From assembly GCA_035084275.1 (NCBI GenBank), contig CM068756.1, positions 14,880,001 to 14,944,000 of the forward strand: 64,000 bases of DNA, written 5' to 3'. The DNA comes from Hydrolagus colliei. Its lineage: Eukaryota. Every line of letters starts with the position of its first letter. The first letter of the stretch is position 1. The notes below the pieces were generated by a model. That model was not told the DNA's origin. It did not search any database and saw nothing but the letters and a program-made list of their open reading frames with translations. Shown here piece by piece: positions 61,601 to 64,000 of this stretch. Made by a program: the position numbers and the translations under genes.

Positions 61601-61714
61601 TGGACAATTATTGGCTGCTACAGACATTACTGACCGCTGGATCTGCAGTGGGGCTGGCTTTTTCAGTGCTTTTGGTGTACATTGTCAAGCGATCCAAATT
61701 AAAGAATATCAAAG
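61601..61714 (+). CDS. R6 exon 4: uncharged TM
   Basis: tatctatag|VDNYWLLQTLLTAGSAVGLAFSVLLVYIVKRSKLKNIK G|GTAAGA. Confidence 0.9.
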
Positions 61715-61878
61715 GTAAGAATCGAATGATTTTGTTCCTGTTAATTGATTTTAGTAAATGAAAATGTGAAAACTCTGGGCGTCAAATTTTCCTTTACTGG
61801 CCGTTTTCATTCTCTTTGTTCTCCATTGAAGATTCAGTAAAAAATATTTAGTTCATGTATTTCATTTATTTATTATAG

Positions 61879-61886
61879 GGATTTGA
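61879..61886 (+). CDS. R6 residual linker-exon acceptor giving G-I-stop
   Basis: ttattatag|GG ATT TGA; upstream intron aligns to R5 48460-48517. Confidence 0.55.
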
Positions 61887-62086
61887 GATCAATTCCCAGC
61901 TTTCTAGACAACCGTAGGAGGGAATGGGTACCTGTAGTTTCTTTATCGATGGGTTTGAGCAGTTGTCTTTCCAATTGAGCTGCAGGAGAGACCATGCTGA
62001 AGATTACAGTGGATTTTTTGTTAACTGTGCTTCAATTTCAACATAAAGACTTAAATAATTAATTTCCAATTCCCTGGCTTTTATAG

Positions 62087-62203
62087 ATCTGGAACAAAAC
62101 AGAAAATAATAATCAGGTATATGCCAGTTTGGAGTTTTCTGGCCTGGAGAAAGTAGGAAAACCTAAAAGAAGTGAACCGAATACAATGTATGCTACAGTG
62201 CAG
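62087..62203 (+). pseudogene. R6 two-Tyr module (VYASL, TMYATV), out of phase with the TM exon
   Basis: ttatag|IWNKTENNNQVYASLEFSGLEKVGKPKRSEPNTMYATVQ|GTGAGA. Confidence 0.85.
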
Positions 62204-62981
62204 GTGAGAAAGTGGAAAGGATATTGTAGACCATTTAAAGGAAACATTGATTCTCATTTAGTTCTCACAATCTCATTCACTTGTTACCTGTGAGATGATT
62301 ATCAGCACAAAATAATTGGAGGTTCCCTACAATGTAAAGCAATATGTAAAGTAGTCCCATGGACGATATCCAACCATCTAACCCCCGCACACAAACATAT
62401 TAATGGATGTTGAGTTCAATAACAAGTGTCTCCATATCAATCATGCATTGAACCAGGTACATTTATAATGCTTATGGTACTAATGAATTGAGATATGGGA
62501 AAAACCAAGGTGGAAATTCATATCGGTATTTTCTATGGTGTTTCTGGGTTTTTTACATTGAGCGTGAACTGACTAAATTACCAATACTTGTCTTCATTCA
62601 ATTCAAGATTCTGGTCCTCACCATTTTAGCTGTCGATGGGCTTGCAACACCCTATATCTGTGACCTCCTCTCTCCCTACCAACCTATCCGCTTCTTCTGC
62701 TCAGTGGGCTCCAGCCTGCTCCATGTCCCATAATACCTCCGCCCCACCATCAGTGGCTGAGCCTAATGCCACTATATCTTGCCTGCTTCCTAGTCTGCTT
62801 CAATTCCTGCCTGAAAACCTTCCTCATTGATGGTGCCAATAGTCAGTGCTCCCACTCCCCTCCACCCTCCCCAATCCTGACCCCATCTTGCGTCTGATAC
62901 GCTGAATGTCCAGCACCTTGGGATGTCCTCCCAACATGAATGGTGCTATCCAAATGTAATTTTATTGTTATTGTTTTACAG

Positions 62982-63119
62982 ACCAAGCAAGGGGCACATG
63001 GTAATAACCTAACATATGCTGCTCTTGATTTTTCTGAGTCCAAGACAACACAAAAACATAACCGCAGTGACACAAATGTAGTGTATGCCGAGATACAGAT
63101 GAGAAAGAACAGCCGATGA
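62982..63119 (+). pseudogene. R6 two-Tyr module (LTYAAL, VVYAEI) with donor GT changed to AT
   Basis: ttttacag|TKQGAHGNNLTYAALDFSESKTTQKHNRSDTNVVYAEIQ then ATGAGA, reading on as MRKNSR*. Confidence 0.85.
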
Positions 63120-63261
63120 CTCTCCGTCATAGCAAACTGTGCTTATTAACACCAATGCTGCGCTGTGTTGCTAGTGTATCACCATTATTCCCAGATGAAA
63201 CTGAAGATCAAGAATTAAAGAATCATGCCAGAGGGAAACACACCATTCTTCCCAATGCAAG

Positions 63262-63600
63262 AACATTAGATTAAGGAGAAGGAGTTATTAAATTTAATAA
63301 GCCATTTAATAAGATCATGGCTGATCTTCTAATCTAACTCCACCAGCCCATTTTATCCCCATATCCCCATATCCTTCAATCCCTTTATCCAAAGAAATCC
63401 ATCAATTTAATTCTTCAATATGTTCAAGGACTGAGTATCTACTGCCTTTTAGAGTAAACAATTCCACAAATTAACTACCCTCTAAGTAAAGATGTTTTTC
63501 CTCAACATTGTGCAAACAGGCTAACCCTAATCTAAGACTGTGACCCCCTAGTTATAGTTTCTCCAACCAAGGGAAATAGTCTCCCACTGTCTACTCTACA
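63262..63600 (-). mobile_element. CR1 3' fragment (family of 54266 and 56970)
   Basis: aagatcatggctgatctt, tgttcaaggactgag, gactgtgacccc. Confidence 0.75.
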
Positions 63601-63952
63601 AGCTGCACTAATTTTTTTCCACAACTATTATCCCAATCTAAAATTTCCATTGGCTCTTCAATCCATTCAATTTTTCCCACTTTAAGTATGTGTCCTTTTC
63701 TTTGTTTACAGAGAATTCAACCTTATTGCCCATCCTTTACGTATAGAATTTGTGATGATCTTAAATATGTGCCCTCCAATAACTGGCAAGCTGTGTTTTG
63801 CTACAAACATCCAAGCAAATCTAGTTCTCCTGCTTGCTTCCCAACTACATGCCTTGACCTTTACTGCGAACTATATCTAGAAAAATATCAGAAGTTTATC
63901 AAAGTTGGACAAAAGGATAAGCTAACAATGTTTCCAAACATTGACTTTACAG

Positions 63953-64000
63953 GCCAAGCAAGAGGCAGCCGCTAACAAGCTGACATACGCTGCCTTCCAA
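63953..64000 (+). pseudogene. R6 terminal module, cut by the window edge
   Basis: actttacag|AKQEAAANKLTYAAFQ. Confidence 0.75.

Noticed and set aside
17105-63119. Assigning SIRPA, SIRPB1 or NCR3 symbols
   Set aside because: Features are mosaic (single C1, NKp30-like TM, SIRP-like tail); orthology needs phylogeny and synteny that cannot be done here.

Overview
AT-rich, repeat-rich vertebrate genomic DNA. The CR1 and L2 LINEs and tRNA/Deu-type SINEs resemble cartilaginous-fish families, so a shark-like source is inferred but not proven. The ORF track shows only fragments. Reading splice sites on both strands gives a cluster of six copies (my labels R1-R6) of one Ig-superfamily receptor gene: leader, a germline-joined VJ-type V domain, one C1-set domain, TM, and a tail. 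The copies fall into two signalling classes. Activating type (Arg in TM, very short tail): R1 (TM exon only, +, 495-910, split by a SINE), R2 (-, 19485-17105, apparently intact) and R4 (+, 35508-38988). Inhibitory type (uncharged TM plus four tandem two-tyrosine exons with SIRP-alpha-like ITIM/ITSM pairs): R3 (-, 33984-28295, pseudogene lacking leader and V), R5 (+, 43966-~51439) and R6 (+, 58501 to past the window end, tail uncoupled by a deletion). R4 and R5 have nearly identical ectodomains but opposite TM/tail types, the classic paired-receptor pattern. Ectodomain and tail look SIRP-like; the V end and activating TM look NKp30-like. Orthology cannot be settled by eye, so no gene symbols are given. 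The rest of the window is CR1, L2 and SINE copies, a palindromic element, and segmental duplications. All exon models are manual splice-site inferences without transcript data, and single-base lesions could be assembly errors.
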